This document shows positions 63,827 to 64,000 of a stretch of 64,000 bases of DNA, in pieces. A program made the translations under genes and the position numbers. The notes under the pieces were generated by a model. That model was not told the origin of the DNA. It saw only the letters and a list, made by a program, of their open reading frames with translations, and did not search any database. The stretch is from an uncultured Spirochaetota bacterium (GTDB lineage: Bacteria > Spirochaetota > Brevinematia > Brevinematales > JAOACQ01): positions 320,001-384,000 of the forward strand of contig CAWAOD010000014.1 of assembly GCA_963783575.1 (NCBI GenBank). Direction: 5' to 3'. The stretch's first letter is position 1; every line of letters begins with the position of its first letter.

Positions 63827-64000
63827 ATGGACAATAGAATTATTTTATTACCTATACTGGTTCCCGCGGTCTTGTCATTATTTTTATTTATTTTACCGAA
63901 AAAAGATCGCTGGTTAAAAGAAACTATCGCCCTTATAGCTGTAACTTTTAATATGATCCTCTGCATTTTTTTATTCGGTAAGGAAGCATCTGTTCAGGTT
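63827..64000 (+). CDS. Second antiporter-like membrane subunit (partial, runs off the window)
   Basis: ATG immediately after the previous stop: MDNRIILLPILVPAVLSLFLFILP..., a typical N-terminus for this family. Confidence 0.7.
   Translation, partial: MDNRIILLPILVPAVLSLFLFILPKKDRWLKETIALIAVTFNMILCIFLFGKEASVQV

Noticed and set aside
1..64000. CRISPR array, tRNA/rRNA, integrase, transposase or prophage genes
   Set aside because: No regularly spaced repeats, cloverleaf/rRNA signatures or recombinase/phage motifs were seen by eye

Overview
AT-rich bacterial chromosomal window, most likely a spirochaete. This is inferred from the tamB-bamA-skp cluster, a BamA with an MRGW loop motif, and TPR-NHL-vWA and LPP20-type envelope proteins. 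It holds about 50 genes, mostly housekeeping or metabolic: ygiQ-like radical SAM, a GlpA-like oxidoreductase pair, etfB-etfA-acyl-CoA dehydrogenase, bioY with a BirA box, ftsW, NeuB-like synthase, eda, ymdB, ruvA, ilvB with an attenuator, radA, lapA, skp, bamA, tamB and the start of an Mrp/NuoL-type membrane complex. No rRNA, tRNA, CRISPR array, transposase or integrase was seen. The most interesting candidate system is an AfsA/ScbA-type hotdog 'signal synthase' fused to a C-terminal PilZ-like domain (40199-41473). It lies directly upstream of, and co-oriented with, a 7TM-PAS histidine kinase (37231-39780), suggesting a butyrolactone-like signal/receptor pair outside Actinobacteria. Other points of note: an accessory patch at about 4-10 kb (umuD-SRAP-umuC cassette, a 141-bp element with perfect 16-bp inverted ends, strong hairpins, PP2C and GGDEF gene relics, an unannotated YHS protein); a P-loop kinase-dCMP deaminase fusion; a GH13 protein lacking its catalytic Asp; and tandem Val-rich leader peptides before ilvB. 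Six genes are each broken by a single-base indel, most likely sequencing/assembly errors.
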